Positions 1 through 13,130 of a stretch of 64,000 nt of DNA are shown in pieces. This DNA is from Paragordius varius (Eukaryota > Animalia > Nematomorpha). Made by a program: the position numbers and the translations under genes. Position 1 is the stretch's first letter. Every line of letters begins with the position of its first letter. The notes below the pieces were generated by a model, which was not told the DNA's origin, ran no database searches, and saw only the letters and a list, made by a program, of their open reading frames with translations. The stretch is taken from assembly GCA_964247055.1 (NCBI GenBank), contig OZ176054.1, positions 8,866,001 to 8,930,000 of the forward strand, written 5' to 3'.

Positions 1-356
1 ATCAAAAACATATTATTCATAAAGTGCATATGTTAATTATTTTGAAAATTTGTTGAAGCGTAAAACTTTTAAAGGCATGTTTGAAACAGTTACAAACGCT
101 TTTAGATATTATAAAAACAGTTCTAAATAATCGATGATGCTGAACATTTTTATTACCTCAAAATTTTTTGAGATATTTGTTTGGACTCAAATCCATGATA
201 AAAATAAAATGTTTTTTAAAAATATTCAGAAAAAATTGAATGCTAAATTTAATTTTAAAGTTCTGCATCATCGAATAATATAAAAAAAGTATTAATATAA
301 TAATTCAAAATTAAACCGTTCCCACTGTCAGTGTCCGCAAAAAATAACTTGCTGAA

Positions 357-392
<36 letters not shown>

Positions 393-875
393 TGATAGAA
401 AAATGTATCAAGATTAGCAAGAGGCCTTACGAGTGATACAAGAAATTTATTTGCACTATTGGTAAGTGCTACATATCTGAAAATGGCAAATTTTGCGCAC
501 ATCTTTTTAGATAAAATTTTTTTGATGCCAACTAAATGCTTCATTCCTAAAAATATTACTAAAATATTACATAAACTATAGGTTTTTAATTCTTAGATAT
601 GGTATCCGAAAGTCCCAAATTTTTTCGCTCTTTTGAAATGGGCTATTTCTCTTAAAATAAACGGAAAAATTCCGAAATTGCGGGATAAAATTTTTAATAT
701 ATGCTTAATATCTGGGGACGGCAATGTAAAGTATTTATTGTATATCACAAAATATTGTATATCACAAAAACAACAACGCGTTATATCATGATCTCTATAT
801 ATATATATCTAAGATAATTAGGTTTAATGTATTCACATATATCAAGGTGATATGTTTGCTTATATACAATTATCT

Positions 876-1048
876 CAAAGTATAATAATAATCACAAGTG
901 GTGGGGAGGTTATAACAATATAATAATAGTATACAGATAAGTTAATAGGTTAATGTACTGCAAGGTATAATAATAATATTCACAAGTGGTGGGGCGGTTA
1001 TAACAATATAATAATAGTATACAGATAAGTTAATAGGTTAATGTACTG
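876..1048. repeat. Tandem duplication, 2 x ~88 bp
   Basis: The unit ...cacaagtggtggggcggttataacaatataataatagtatacagataagttaataggttaatgtactg occurs at ~876-960 and 961-1048 with few differences. Confidence 0.85.
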
Positions 1049-2229
1049 ATATATAACGAATGTTGTGTGTTTAACCTCATCGTGTACTAACAGGTCTATT
1101 CAAATTAGCCTCTAACAATGCTAAATTTTTATATCAACTGTCAATCTTTATAAAATATTGGCTACTTTTTTTAAAATTAATTTCTAGCAAAATTTTGTTG
1201 AAGCATACTTCATACTATGAGGTATGATGTATACAATATAAAAGCACTTTTTCTATATAATTAGATGATTAAAAACATTTGTATCACCTCAAAATTTATT
1301 AAAAAATTTGTCTTCAAATTCATGTTAAATATAAATTGTTTTTTTTTACAAAAAATCACCAAAGTCTTAAAGTAAACGAACCTGGGGATAAAAATGTTCA
1401 CCATCATTTTTTGTGTAGAAAAGGTGTTATAATATCTAAACTAATCATCAAGCTCTTTACCAGTTTAAGGGGGGTCATCACAAATTTTAACAAAGATATA
1501 TTCTTCAGCATCTGTTGCGCGAATTTTACCCTTCTTTAGCGATCTATTTTATTGCAATGACAGAAACTATTTCAACAACGAAATAAATTAGTGCACTTTA
1601 AACCCTGCAACCCATTTTTGCAAAATATGCTAAAAAATCTTAATAATTTTCCGGTATATATAAAAGCATATAAATTGTTACCGATCTTATTCAAATTAAG
1701 GTAAATATTATTGAGTGCTTTCTGTAAATACGTCGTCAAAAGATATCGTGTAAAATACATTTCTAGGATTTGTATAGTCATATTCTCATACTTTCCCTTA
1801 TAAAAGATATCACCTTTATTAAGACATAGCAATATTTGAGCGTATGCAACCTGGAAAGGGAGAGTAAAATAGTCTTTACTGAGATATGATATATTGTAAT
1901 TAATTTTTTAATTTTTTTCCTCTATTTACTGCATATATTTTATAACCCATAACATTTATTCATTTAAAAAATGCGCGAAATTACCTTTATATTTATCTTA
2001 TATTTTTTCTATTCATAGTTTTATTTGAAGTATATTACATATTCCATCATAATTCTTATTCCTCAGTTGTAAAGATGCGTATTTTATTTGATTTTATTTA
2101 TTGATATAGTTATAATCTATTTTTTTGGTTCAATTTTTTGGTTTCCTTTTTAGGTTACATTTAAATATTAGTTACTAAATATTTTAATGTTTATTTTTAT
2201 CTATTATTATTATTCTTATGTATAGTATT

Positions 2230-2842
2230 TTTGTTTTTATGGGTGGTTTTGTAAGGCGTGCAGTCCAGACCTAGCCAGGCGCTGCACGGAGGTAAGGGGC
2301 CAATAGGGATAAGGAATGTTGTAGAGTGTGTTTTGCCAGTATATTGATTCGTTAAGAAGTAAGTTATATGATTTAGTTGAAACTATGAGGGTAAAAAGGT
2401 AAATTTATTGTGCATTCAGAAGACCAGATACCGTGAAAATGGCACTAAGACGTTAGAGGGTAATTATAAAATGTTTTATTCAGGTTCTACGGATGGTTAC
2501 AGTGGGGTCGCCATAATAGTGTGTCCAAGATTTGCCAATCAAGTAATTGAGACGTGCTGACAGTAGAATAAGTGTCGACCTATTGTTAAATAAGAGGGTT
2601 TTTACCATCTTTAGCGTTTATGCCCCCAGATAGGGTTAACTAAACCGGAGAAAGATAAATTTTATGATTTACGCAGAAATGACTTCATTAAAGAAAGACA
2701 GAGAAATCATATTTTGTGGGGATTTCAATGGGCAGGTTGGACAAAATAGGAGAGGTTTTGAACCTTGGCACGGCGGAAAAGGCTACGGGGTTATAAATGA
2801 AGAAGGGACTAGTTAATTAAGATTTGCTCAAACTTATAACTT
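2230..2842 (+). mobile_element. RTE-like non-LTR retrotransposon, 5' part (AP endonuclease domain, decayed)
   Basis: Frameshifted translations give LCIQ.TRY, YKMFYSGS.DGYSGVAIIV, FSVYAPQIG and GDFNGQVG...WHGGKGYG, which are typical APE motifs of RTE-clade LINEs. Confidence 0.75.
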
Positions 2843-3128
2843 TGTATTACGTATCGAATATTACGAATCGGTGATGAAAATACAAAACAATAATAATTTA
2901 TTAAGAATTTCATGATATTTATACTTTTTAATTAATGATAATTTTAACATGCATGTGCGTCACAATTGTAAGAAAATGTCTTTTATTCTACGAATATATA
3001 TATAAGAATTCCACGAATAATGACGCACAAACATAAACGCCAAACGCGATTAATATAATAAAATGATGTAAGAAAATATAATGATGCAACGTTGTAGTAT
3101 CCACTACATATCATTCTCTTCCTCCTCT
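2843..3128 (-). repeat. Probable 3' LTR (~2843-3110) and polypurine tract (3114-3128) of the Gypsy element
   Basis: On the minus strand, AGAGGAGGAAGAGAA lies just after the end of pol and is followed by TG... The segment ends ...TAATACA at the RTE junction. Boundaries are approximate. Confidence 0.55.
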
Positions 3129-5352
3129 AAAAAACGCTTCGGAGGTTTTCGGACTCGGTCTGGATACCGCCTGGGGGCCTCCCTCTGCTCAACATCCGAT
3201 CTCAGTTGATCGGCATGTTTTCGCATCTCTTTTCCATCTTCATCCTTTACTTCATAGGATAACGGCCCCGTCCTTACTTCCACCGTACCCGGTCGCCATC
3301 CTCTTGCTGTCTCGTTCTTTATAAATATTGACTGATCCGGTGTAAATTCTCTTAAGGGTCTCGGTGGTGTACTTTCTTTAGGCGTTTCTTTATCTTGCAA
3401 CCAATTCAACGGTGTGTTGATGTTTCTCTTCAAAAACAACGATGCGGGGGTCGTCTTAATCTCGTTATGCCATGAATTACGATAGGCTAATAAAACATTA
3501 TTTAAACCTCCTGAATCTTCACGCCAGGCATCATCGTGGAACGGAATCTCGACTTCAACGTATAAATTACTCTTTCTACCAAACCATTTGTCCTTGGGTG
3601 GTAGGGAGCCGACGTCTCATGCTTAATGTTCCAGTTTGTCATCTTATCCCGAAAATTGAACGATTTGAAATAAGTAGCATTATCAGATACTAGCATTCTT
3701 GGAAAACCATAAGAGGAAAACCATTTCTCCAATTGTTTCAAAATCACATCAGATGTAATACTGCTAAGTATCTTCACCTCCACCCATCTTGAGAACGCGT
3801 CAATTAAAACCAACCAATATTTACCACACATGGGACCCGCGATGTCCACATGGAGTCTTTCCATATTCCCACATTGAAGTTCCATTTATATACCGGATTC
3901 TCAGCAACGTTCGCCCTGTTCCTCTGACAACACTGACAGTCGTGTACTAACTTTTCAATGTCCTTATCCATTCCGGGCTAAAACACCACCGACCTGGCTG
4001 TGTTTTTCATAGCAACAATACCCGGATGTCCAACATGAAACCAAGCCAAAATTCGTCTTCGTGCAGCTGTTGGGATAACCAACCGATCACCAACATATAC
4101 GAAACCATCGGCTTGTTTGAGATCATTTCTAACGGGTTTGAATGCGGATAATTCCGGTGTTGACCAATCATTATTTTTAAGTGCCATACGTAGTCGTTTT
4201 AACAGTTTATCCTCCAAACAATCTTTTTTTATTTGCGTTTTATTTAAATTTAAATCCACGAATGCGATTTGTCGGATTTTTTCGGCCACATATTCATCAT
4301 CATTGTCTACGGATGTCTGACATTTTCGGGAAGTCTTGAAAACACATCGGCCATGTTTGTTGATCCCGCAATATATTTCATATCAAAATCATACGCGGCG
4401 GCCTTGTAGATCCATCTTAACAATTTACAGTTTATATCACTTAACTTCCGATTGTTTCCGAATAAATGAACCAACGGCTTATGATCTGACCAGACCTCAC
4501 ATTTCTGTCCATAAATATAATAATGGAATTTTTCTAAACCAAATAACAAAGCCTTGGTTTCCAATTCAATCACAGAATAATTTTTCTCTGCATTCTGGCA
4601 TTTTCTTGATGCGAATGCAATTGGTACCATTCTCTTATTCTCCATTTGCAGAAGTACAGCTCCAAAGCCTTTTGTAGACGCATCCACTTGTATTATTGTT
4701 TTATTATTTATGTTATAAGTGGCAAGTAAAGATTCTCTTGATATTAAGTTTTTTGCTTGCTTGAATTCATTTTAATGTTCTTGTGACCATCTCCATTCCT
4801 TTTTGGATCCTGTTAGTGCATGTAGATTACTAACTTTGATATGTAAACCAGGAATAAAACGTTCATAAAAATTGAGCAATCCCAAAAATGATCTTAACTC
4901 AGTTTTATTCGTGGGTGTTGCACATTTAGCAATGGCGTCGAGCTTATCTTGTACAGGGCGGATTCCCTGTTTTGATAACTCAAACCCCAAAAATTTTATA
5001 TTCTTCTGATACAGTTTTAATTTATCTTTTCTTAGTGTAAACCCGCATTTTTGTAACTTTGCTAAGGTCTCGCTCAGATTTCTATCGTGTTCCTCTTTCG
5101 TTTTACCAACAATCAAAACATCGTCGAGATAAGCCATTGTGCCCCTGCAATCTTTGAGTACCTCATCCATTATTCTCTGGAAAAGCATGGGAGAAACCTT
5201 CAATCCAAATGGTAGGCGATTAAATTGGAAATATCCCATCGGGGTAGTAATAACTAAATATTTTTTACTTTCCACATCCACCGGAATTTGAAGGTATGCG
5301 TCCTTTAAATCAATGGACGAAAACCATGTGGATCCCGCACATTTAGCGGATA
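2843..5352 (-). mobile_element. Ty3/Gypsy LTR retrotransposon relic (RT-RNaseH-integrase, 3' LTR), 5'-truncated
   Basis: RT motifs FSSIDLKDAYLQI, FNRLPFG and AYLDDVLIVG. RNase H DASTKGFGAVL and YSVIELE. Integrase GHPGIV, LHVDIAGP, LVSDNATYF and YHPRTNGLVER. Domain order is Gypsy-type. One in-frame stop (4772) and frameshifts are present; gag and protease are absent. Confidence 0.93.
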
Positions 5353-6660
5353 TTTTTAATAATGTAGTTACTACAGGTATGATACCAACCGAATGGAAGT
5401 AGAGTTTCACTGTTCCCATTTTCAAGGGTAAAGGAGATATTAATGATTGTAATAATTACAGAGGGATAAGATTGATGTCGCATACAATGAAGTTATTTGA
5501 CAAAGTACTAGAGAAACGAATGAGAAAAATGGTTAGTATAGAGGGTAATCAATTTAGTATTATTCCAGGAAAGTCCACCATCGATCCGATTCACGCAGTA
5601 AGAAGGCTAATCGAGAAACATATAGAAATGAAAAAGGAGTTGCATGGTATTTTAATCGATATTGAAAAGGCGTTTGACACAATACCACGGAGTACAATAT
5701 GGTGGTGTTAAAGACGAAAAAACGTTCCTGAAAGTTACATAAAGATTCTAAAAAGCATGTACGATTCACACCACAAAGTTAAAACACACCAGGGAGTGTC
5801 AGATCCTATTGAAATAAACCAAGGCGTCTATCAGGGGTCAGCAATCAGTCCGTTATTATTTATAATATGCATGGAGGAAATTTCAAAAGAAGTAGGGTAA
5901 CATGGTGGCTGGTATTTTATTTATGCAAACGACCTAATAGTGCTGTCCGACGAGTTGCATAAATTAAAAAATTGGTGGGTAAATGCATTGATGTGCTACG
6001 ATGATACGGTTAGTTAGTAAAGAAAACGGAACTTATAAATTTCGGTGGGAAAAAACGCGAAATGGAATTAGAAGAAGGGTGGGTATTAAAAGGTCAGGAG
6101 GAATGCAAATATTTAGGAGCGATTTTAGCAGCAAATGGTTCTTTAACGCATAATATAAATCTAAGAATTCAATAGTTGGGCAAATAAAAAGAACTCAAAT
6201 GTTATGTGCGATAAAAATATTGACCTAAAAGTCAAGGGTAAGATTTACAGTGCTGCTGTACAGCCAACAATGATGTACAACTCACAGACATGGGCATTAA
6301 GGAAATCAGAAGAGAGGCACTTTGAGGTTACTTAAATGATAAGGCATAGATTGATGTCGGTATAACGAGGAATGACAAGGTGAGGAATGTCTACATAAGA
6401 GGAAGTACGGAAATCAAACCGGTAACGCAAAAGATGATGGTAAATCGTTTAAGATGGTTTGGACATTTAGAAAGAAGAGATAATAACTACATTGGTAAAA
6501 AGATTGATGATTATATTGTGAAAGGTAAGAGGGGAAGAGGGCGCCCCAAAACGCGATGGATAGATACAGTTAAGAGGGACATGGAAAACTGAACCTAAAA
6601 CGTGAGGACGCCATAGACAGGGTCTATGGCGAGACCGCTCGAAAGAGTGATATCATATAC
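5353..6660 (+). mobile_element. RTE-like non-LTR retrotransposon, RT domain and C-terminus (decayed)
   Basis: P.EW..SFTVPIFKGKGD...NYRGIRLMSHTMKLFDKV, IDIEKAFD, QGVYQGSAISPLLF, YANDL (YADD-like), RLRWFGHLERR and GKRGRGRPKTRW. Stops and frameshifts are present. Confidence 0.9.
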
Positions 6661-6720
6661 TGTAATTATTATTATATTATTACTGCATATATTTTATAAG
6701 AATAATTATTAGTGAGATTG

Positions 6721-6752
6721 CGTCACAGCGAAGCGTGACAGGGTCAGTTAGT
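6721..6752 (+). mobile_element. Possible Helitron-type 3' end (hairpin plus TTAGT)
   Basis: cgtcacagcgaagcgtgacagggtcagttagt has an imperfect GC hairpin ~10 nt before a CTAG-like TTAG motif. No matching 5' end was identified. Confidence 0.3.
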
Positions 6753-7379
6753 TATTATATAAAACAAAAAATGTTTCCTCAACATTTTATTATTCTTTGA
6801 AAATAACTTAAATAATTTGAGAGCCGTTGCGATGAGTTATAAACTTTTAAAATAAACATAAAAAAGCCGGTAAAATTACATCTAAATATATTTTTGAATG
6901 GCTTAGTCTCAAGGATTATATTGTCCATAATTTTATTAAGGCGTTAATTTTAAACAGTACTTATAATTATTTGCAAATATTACAAAAATACATTAAATCG
7001 ATGTCGTTAAATTTTTTATTCAATAATTTTAATTTTAGGCTTTTTCACTAATTTTTTGAGTGTTTAATGCGTCCAAAACAATTGTAAAAAAATTTTGGCG
7101 CATAAAATCAAGATGCTATGATGGTACATTATAGCGAGACCTCTATCCTTTGAAAACTTTTAAAAACTAAACAGCATGTTTTAAATGCCACAATTAATTC
7201 TGTAAATAATAATTCATGAGATTTTGGGGCAGTTTTAAACCTCAGGGCTTAGATTATTCTAAAAAAAAATTAGCATTGGGACAAATTTAAAAATATGCTT
7301 TCTAAAGCTTTTAGCCACATAATAATTATTGTCAAAAAATCATCATCTCAAACTTTTTAGCTGCCATTTTTTATTTTAT

Positions 7380-7892
7380 TTAACATATTCAAATTGGGGT
7401 ATCTAGTGACCCTAGACTATATTCAAATGATTTTAAAAAACTATTTAAAAAAACGGATGCAATTAAAATTTAAGCTGTCCTACTAATTATATGAATAGGC
7501 TTAAATAACATATAGTTTGAAAAACGCTACATATCAAACTATAGCGCCATTTTTTCCAAAATTTTTGAAAAATATCGTGTTTTGGTGTTGACGCTAAAAT
7601 TAAAGTATTATTATTTAAATCAAATTTAACATTGATAAATAGAAAGAGTAGTTTATTTACATTATTATATTTACACAATGCACAGCACACATATCATGTT
7701 GAGTAAATTTTTCTGTTGAAGTTTTTCCAAAAATAAGTAGTATCAAGTTTTTATTAAGGTTTTTTTAACTTTTGGTACAACTTTGCAATATTTTGAATTC
7801 CATATTTTTATAAATATTTGCTTTTAAACAGTGGACAAAGACCCCATTTCGAATCGGAATCCTGAAACGAATGTGTTGTATCCAAGTTTTAA
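7380..7892. mobile_element. TTAA piggyBac-like MITE, family A, old diverged copy
   Basis: Begins ttaacatattcaaattggggtat and ends gaatgtgttgtatccaagttttaa. It is colinear with the younger copies at 51862 and 54389. Confidence 0.6.
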
Positions 7893-7989
7893 TTATGAAT
7901 ACACCCTGCAAATAAATGTTATAGATAGAAAATGTGAACACTAACTTTGGAAAGCTTTTAAATAGCAATTTACCAACATATTGTTATTT

Positions 7990-8170
7990 ATCAATATTAC
8001 CCTTTAGGGTAGTTATACATCACAACGATTTAAAATTTGAATATCTTAAAAAGTATTTAACTATTAAGCCGAATTTAGGCGCATTATACAAAAAAATTTC
8101 GAAAATTGTAAACTTGTAAAAAAATCATCATCTCATTTTTTTGCGGTCATTTTCTTTCTATAAATTTTAT
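7990..8170. repeat. Dispersed repeat family B (also ~7150-7375, ~41250-41420 inverted, ~63830-63990)
   Basis: Shared core aaaatttgaatatcttaaaa...gccgaattt...aggcgcat...tcatctca....ttt.gc.g.catttt. Confidence 0.55.
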
Positions 8171-8588
8171 CGAATCGCTATTGCAACAGGCAAATAAACA
8201 TTTAAGATAAAAAATGTAAATAATTAACTTTACTTTTCTGCATTTTGAAAGCAAAAGTTTGATAAATGTTTTTAAATCAGCTGTTTGTTTCAATCGTATT
8301 TTAGAGCTTTTTCAATTTTAGACGGTAGAAGCCACAAAACGTAAAAAATATCAGCATCTTTACCTAACACACACAATGTTTAATAATTTAACTAAAATAA
8401 CTTTTGAAACTGTAGTTAATTTACGAAATGGAATACCGGGATATAAAACTACACCAAAGGTTAACTAGGTCAAAATAGGGAAAACGATGAAGTAATATTA
8501 GCTGTTTGCTTCAATCGTGTTAAATTACCTGTAAGAATAAAAAAAGCAAGCTTCTTTAAATTCAGGAGAAAAGAGTTTGATATTAAAT

Positions 8589-9166
8589 TTGACACTTGGA
8601 TACAACACACTCATTTTAGTCCTTCGATTCAAATTGGGGTAGGTGGATATCCCAGGCCTGTCTAAAATCAAATATTTAAAAAAGTATGGAAGGAACCAAA
8701 ATCATGACAAAATTTTGCACTTATATAACATTAATAAACCGGAATATATAAAATTTAATTCAAAAATACTTGATATTACATATTTTAAGCTAAAACCGAA
8801 AGGTAAAAATTTCGTCAACGTGACATGTGTGAAATGGTAAAATTAAAAAATAATACAAAATAAACCGCTTTTTCTATTTCTATCAATGTTAAAAATTTAT
8901 TAAAAAAATTATCTTTAGTTTTACCCTTAAAATAAGACGATATTTTGTAAAAATTTTGTAAAATAAAGATGGCGTCGAAGTTGTTTGAGATGAAACTTTT
9001 TTTCAAAACAAAATTTTATCAAGCTATTTTGGAATATTTATATAATTTTTATAAGGATAAAAGCATAAATTTAAATTGGGACCATTTTTTTCAATACTTT
9101 TTAAAAATATTAATTTACATTTAATCTAGGGTATTTAGATACCCCAATTTAAAACGAAGTGTTAAA
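8589..9166. mobile_element. TTAA piggyBac-like MITE, family A
   Basis: Ends are ttgacactt...aagtgttaa, with inner inverted repeat cttcgattcaaattggggta. It ends ~165 bp upstream of the Ctr1 ATG. Confidence 0.8.
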
Positions 9167-9330
9167 CCAAATTTCAAAACATTAATTTTTACTACCTTAC
9201 AAAATGTCATCGGACATAAAAATTAATATTTTGTAAAAAATAATATATCATTTACCCTAATAAAACATTCGTAAAAAAAATATTTTATTCTGCATATTTC
9301 GGCGCATACACAAATTTATCTGCTCTTCAT

Positions 9331-10884
9331 ATGGATCATTCTCATCACTCCCACATGGAGCCTCAAGGTTCTCATTCTCATAGTAATTTTAACAATATTT
9401 CTCAAAATCTTGCAACAAATAATGATCATAGTCAACATTCAATGTCTGGTCATGCGGTATGTATTTATTTTAATAAAATAAAAAATAATATTTTAATTGG
9501 TTTTGTGAATGTTTTTTATATCCAACTTATAATTTTTTAGATGGCATTTCATGGGGGATATAACCAAATTCTATTTTTTAATTCCTGGGAAATTAATTCA
9601 CCTATGAGTATTTAATATGTACTTTTTTATATGTACAGATAATTAAATATGCATAATATTTGGCACTTTGCTTATCATTTTCATCTAATTTTTAGGTTTT
9701 GTAATAAAATTAAATTTTTTTAAGTGTCCTGCAATCATGTGCTATTTGAATCCGCTTAACATCCTTTGCATAATGTATTTAAAGAAATTATAGCTTAAAT
9801 ATCAACCACCAGAATTTCATGTATAGAGAAAATAAAAAAATGATTTAAAGTTGATGTTTTTAAATATATATATATATTCCGTTAGCTATGGTGTACGCAT
9901 GTTTGGGCATATTTATTTTTTCCGTCTTGTACGAGGGTTTCAAAGTCTTTCGTGAATATTTAATCTCCCATCCCCCTTTTGCTCAAGCCAATTTCCCTTG
10001 GGCCAAAAAATTTTATACTGTTAAACACAAGCATGGGTGCTGTGGAAATGGAATTAATCAATCAACTATTAGCTATAAAACTGACTTTATAGATGACGGT
10101 TATTACTCTATTAACACTATATTTTTGTTCGTACGAAAAATATTTCAACAGTGCTATGAAAAAATATGCATTCATTATCTTTTATATTATATTTTGAGTA
10201 ATCTTAACTTAAATTCAACAAATTTTGTATCTTTTTAATTGGGCTCAAACCTACGTAATATAAGGTCTCGGGTGATAACCAATTTGTTTACCTATTATTA
10301 TAGTCTTATTTCAAGATTTAAGCATTAATGAATTGAAAAATTTAATCATCCAATTTAAACTTATTTTTATGATAGGCATCTTTGTTCAACTTGATGTGAG
10401 AATTTATCGTGATTAATTAATAATAAATCTGGTTAATATTAAAACATATAAATAAATTCAATTATATGTGCCATTTTTTAGGGCAAAGCCAACATAGTAA
10501 CACTCAGAGTATAAATGCTTCCAATCTTTTGCCGGCTGCTGATTCTGAGCTTGGCCAACAACTAAATGCAATTCAAACCTTTAAATCATGTGACTGTAAA
10601 AGAAGGTGAGTGAATATATACCCTCTTTTTTCATAAGTATGTTTAAATCTTACAAAAATGTTTTTTTTTGTTCATTTAGGCCATATTTTTCCCTACCCGA
10701 TCACACGTTGCAATCCTTCCTCCACATCATACAAACAACGTGGGGTTTTGTCCTTATGCTTGTTTTTATGACATTTAACGTTTACCTTTGCCTAGCCCTG
10801 GTATTGGGAGCCGGTTTCGGTTATTTTGCTTTTGCCTGGCATCGGAGAATTGCGATAGTTGATGTGACGCAACATTGTAATTAA
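9331..10884 (+). CDS. SLC31A1: Ctr-family high-affinity copper transporter (SLC31A1/CTR1-like), 5 exons
   Basis: Exons 9331-9456, 9541-9607, 9886-10098, 10482-10605 and 10680-10884 splice in frame. Features: His/Met-rich N-terminus, MAFHGG..ILFFNSW, TM1 (VLYEGFK), MxxxM (LMLVFMTFN), GxxxG (GAGFG) and C-terminal QHCN. Confidence 0.9.
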
Positions 10885-11908
10885 AATCTCCAACATAGTC
10901 ATTGTTTTTGTAAAATTAATAATTGGGTTTCTAAAGTGAATGGAATAAACTTTATATATATATGTATATATCTAACGATAGGTATTTTTTAAATATTGTA
11001 TTATAAATCAAAATACTACATTATTACATGTCTTGCATATACATTTTGATCTAATAAATGGGCCTTACTATTGTATTATTTATATTGATAAAATTATGTC
11101 TCCTTTTGTATTCCACACAATGGTATATTTTTTTATCAAGGTTAATATAGTCACGTATATATATATATATATAGATATATATGATATAGTTTTTAATACT
11201 ACATTATATAATTTTTTTTCTTTCATATTAACGATAATTAGTTAAACATATATGTGTGACTTATTACAAAATCAAAAATCATCCTTATTTTTGTTAATTT
11301 ATAGCTTGTGTGTCCATGATTTTATACAATTTTTTATATTCATTACAGACCATTTTTCAACTTTTATGCATATGTACATATATTTCACAATTTTTTTTTT
11401 GAAATGCAAATGACCACAAATTATTTCTTTTGATTGTGTCATTGATTGACCTTTAATACTTATCACTATCTATAGTAATAAAATGATTGAATCATCTTTA
11501 AGTTAACCGGTGTAAAATGGCATTGTAAATTTTATATTTTTATAATGTAAATTAACATTTTTTTAATAAGTTTACATAAATATATACGGAGAATTTTCTT
11601 ATATAAATTATTAAATAAATATATATTGTATTATCCATTTAAGTAACTTTCTTCTAGCTGTCTACTTGAAATTAATTTATAATTTATGCAAGGTAAATAA
11701 TATTTAGTGATAAATGTCTCTAGGGGAGATATATTCATATATTTAATTTGTAAAACTAGGTATAAAAATAGAATGTAATGTGATACCCCCACCCTCAATG
11801 TATGAGGCTTAATTTAAAATTTATAAGAAACTAAATTTGGTAAAAATTTATTTCGTGTTTTTATAGCCTGAAATTGGGGTTAATAAGCCTTTATTATTCA
11901 TGATTATA

Positions 11909-11945
<37 letters not shown>

Positions 11946-12185
11946 TGAAGAGATACAAAAAATATAATATATATGGTCCTCTAACGTGATAAAAATTTGT
12001 TGATGTTGGAACAAAAAAAAATTTGAGATTTGTGCAATTGTATGAGTGATAACCATATATACATATATTAAATAAATAATTATTGGGGCATAGATTTGGA
12101 TGGAAGTATGTTTATTCATCATAAAAATTTTGATATTATATAAAAAAAATCATTTTTTGAAAATAATAAATAAATATCTATCTAT

Positions 12186-13130
12186 CTATGGACAACATGA
12201 TTGATTTGCAACCATATAGTGATGTTCATCTATTACATCCTCACCATTCGCTCCAGGCTGTAATAAAGTGTAAGATTTATTTGCGGCATGAGATGATTTC
12301 TCCTTGGTTTGGGGGTAATTCTTATGAGAGTTATAATCAACATGTGGATTGGAATATAGATTTGTAGCAGGCATAGCACCAATATTAGTCCCATAGTGAT
12401 GATCTTGATGAAGAAAAAGGAAAAAAAGAAAATAACCCAATGTTAAGCCTGATACGATCATGATAGCCAGATAGGCGTTGAAAGTCATAAATATGAGCAT
12501 TAGGAGGAACCCCAAAAAAGTTTGCATCATGTACAAAATGGTGAGAAAAAGTTTATAAGCCCAACATGGTAATTCAGGGAAATTATTGACAGAATGCGTA
12601 GAGCTGTGATTATAAAGTCAAAAAAAGGGTAAAGATATAACAGGTCCTAGTTATTCTAAAAACAAATCGCCCTAACATCCATTCACTAGAAATTTAATAT
12701 TTTTAGCCAATTTCAACATGTAATTAATATAAAAAGCTTAAATATGCTTTTACAAATAAATCATATCAATTAAATATGAAACATACAAAGTCAAATTCTT
12801 TAAACGAGTTATATTATACAATAAATAATTAATTATACTGAAAATGCTGATAAATGTTGGAATGCATAAAGGGTTCTCCGCTTTTGTGAGATGAATTTAA
12901 CATAGGTTTTTGTTCATGAGCATCAGACAAATTTTGATTTTCACGGGAGGGAGAAGGTATATCATTAGTTTTATTGCCAGGGGTATTAGAGGTTGAAAGG
13001 CTTGTAGGGCAGTTGGAAGTTTTATTGCTACATTTTAGGCGGTAATCATGACTCAATTTAACCCGTAAATAACGTATGTACTCGTGTATAACAGATAATA
13101 AAAAAATGGCAATGCAAGCACCTGCAAACT
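12186..13130 (-). CDS. Second Ctr-family copper transporter (divergent paralog); 5' exon(s) not located
   Basis: Exon 13130-12839 (EFAGACIAIFLLSVIHEY, TM1) splices in phase 2 to 12603-12186 (LMLIFMTFN MxxxM; GLTLG GxxxG; tail ending SCCP*). The upstream exon is uncertain; one candidate donor is near 14068. Confidence 0.82.

Noticed and set aside
2226-2310. HDV-like ribozyme in the RTE 5' region
   Set aside because: A gtgcag/ctgcac stem exists, but I could not build the nested double pseudoknot or the conserved L3 and J4/2 motifs.
5353-5425. N-terminus MKMGTVKLYFHSVG.. of the Gypsy RT ORF
   Set aside because: It is the antisense of the RTE motif P.EW..SFTVPIFKGKG, a junction artefact.
9167-9330. 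Metal-response elements upstream of Ctr1
   Set aside because: No TGCRCNC consensus was found by eye.
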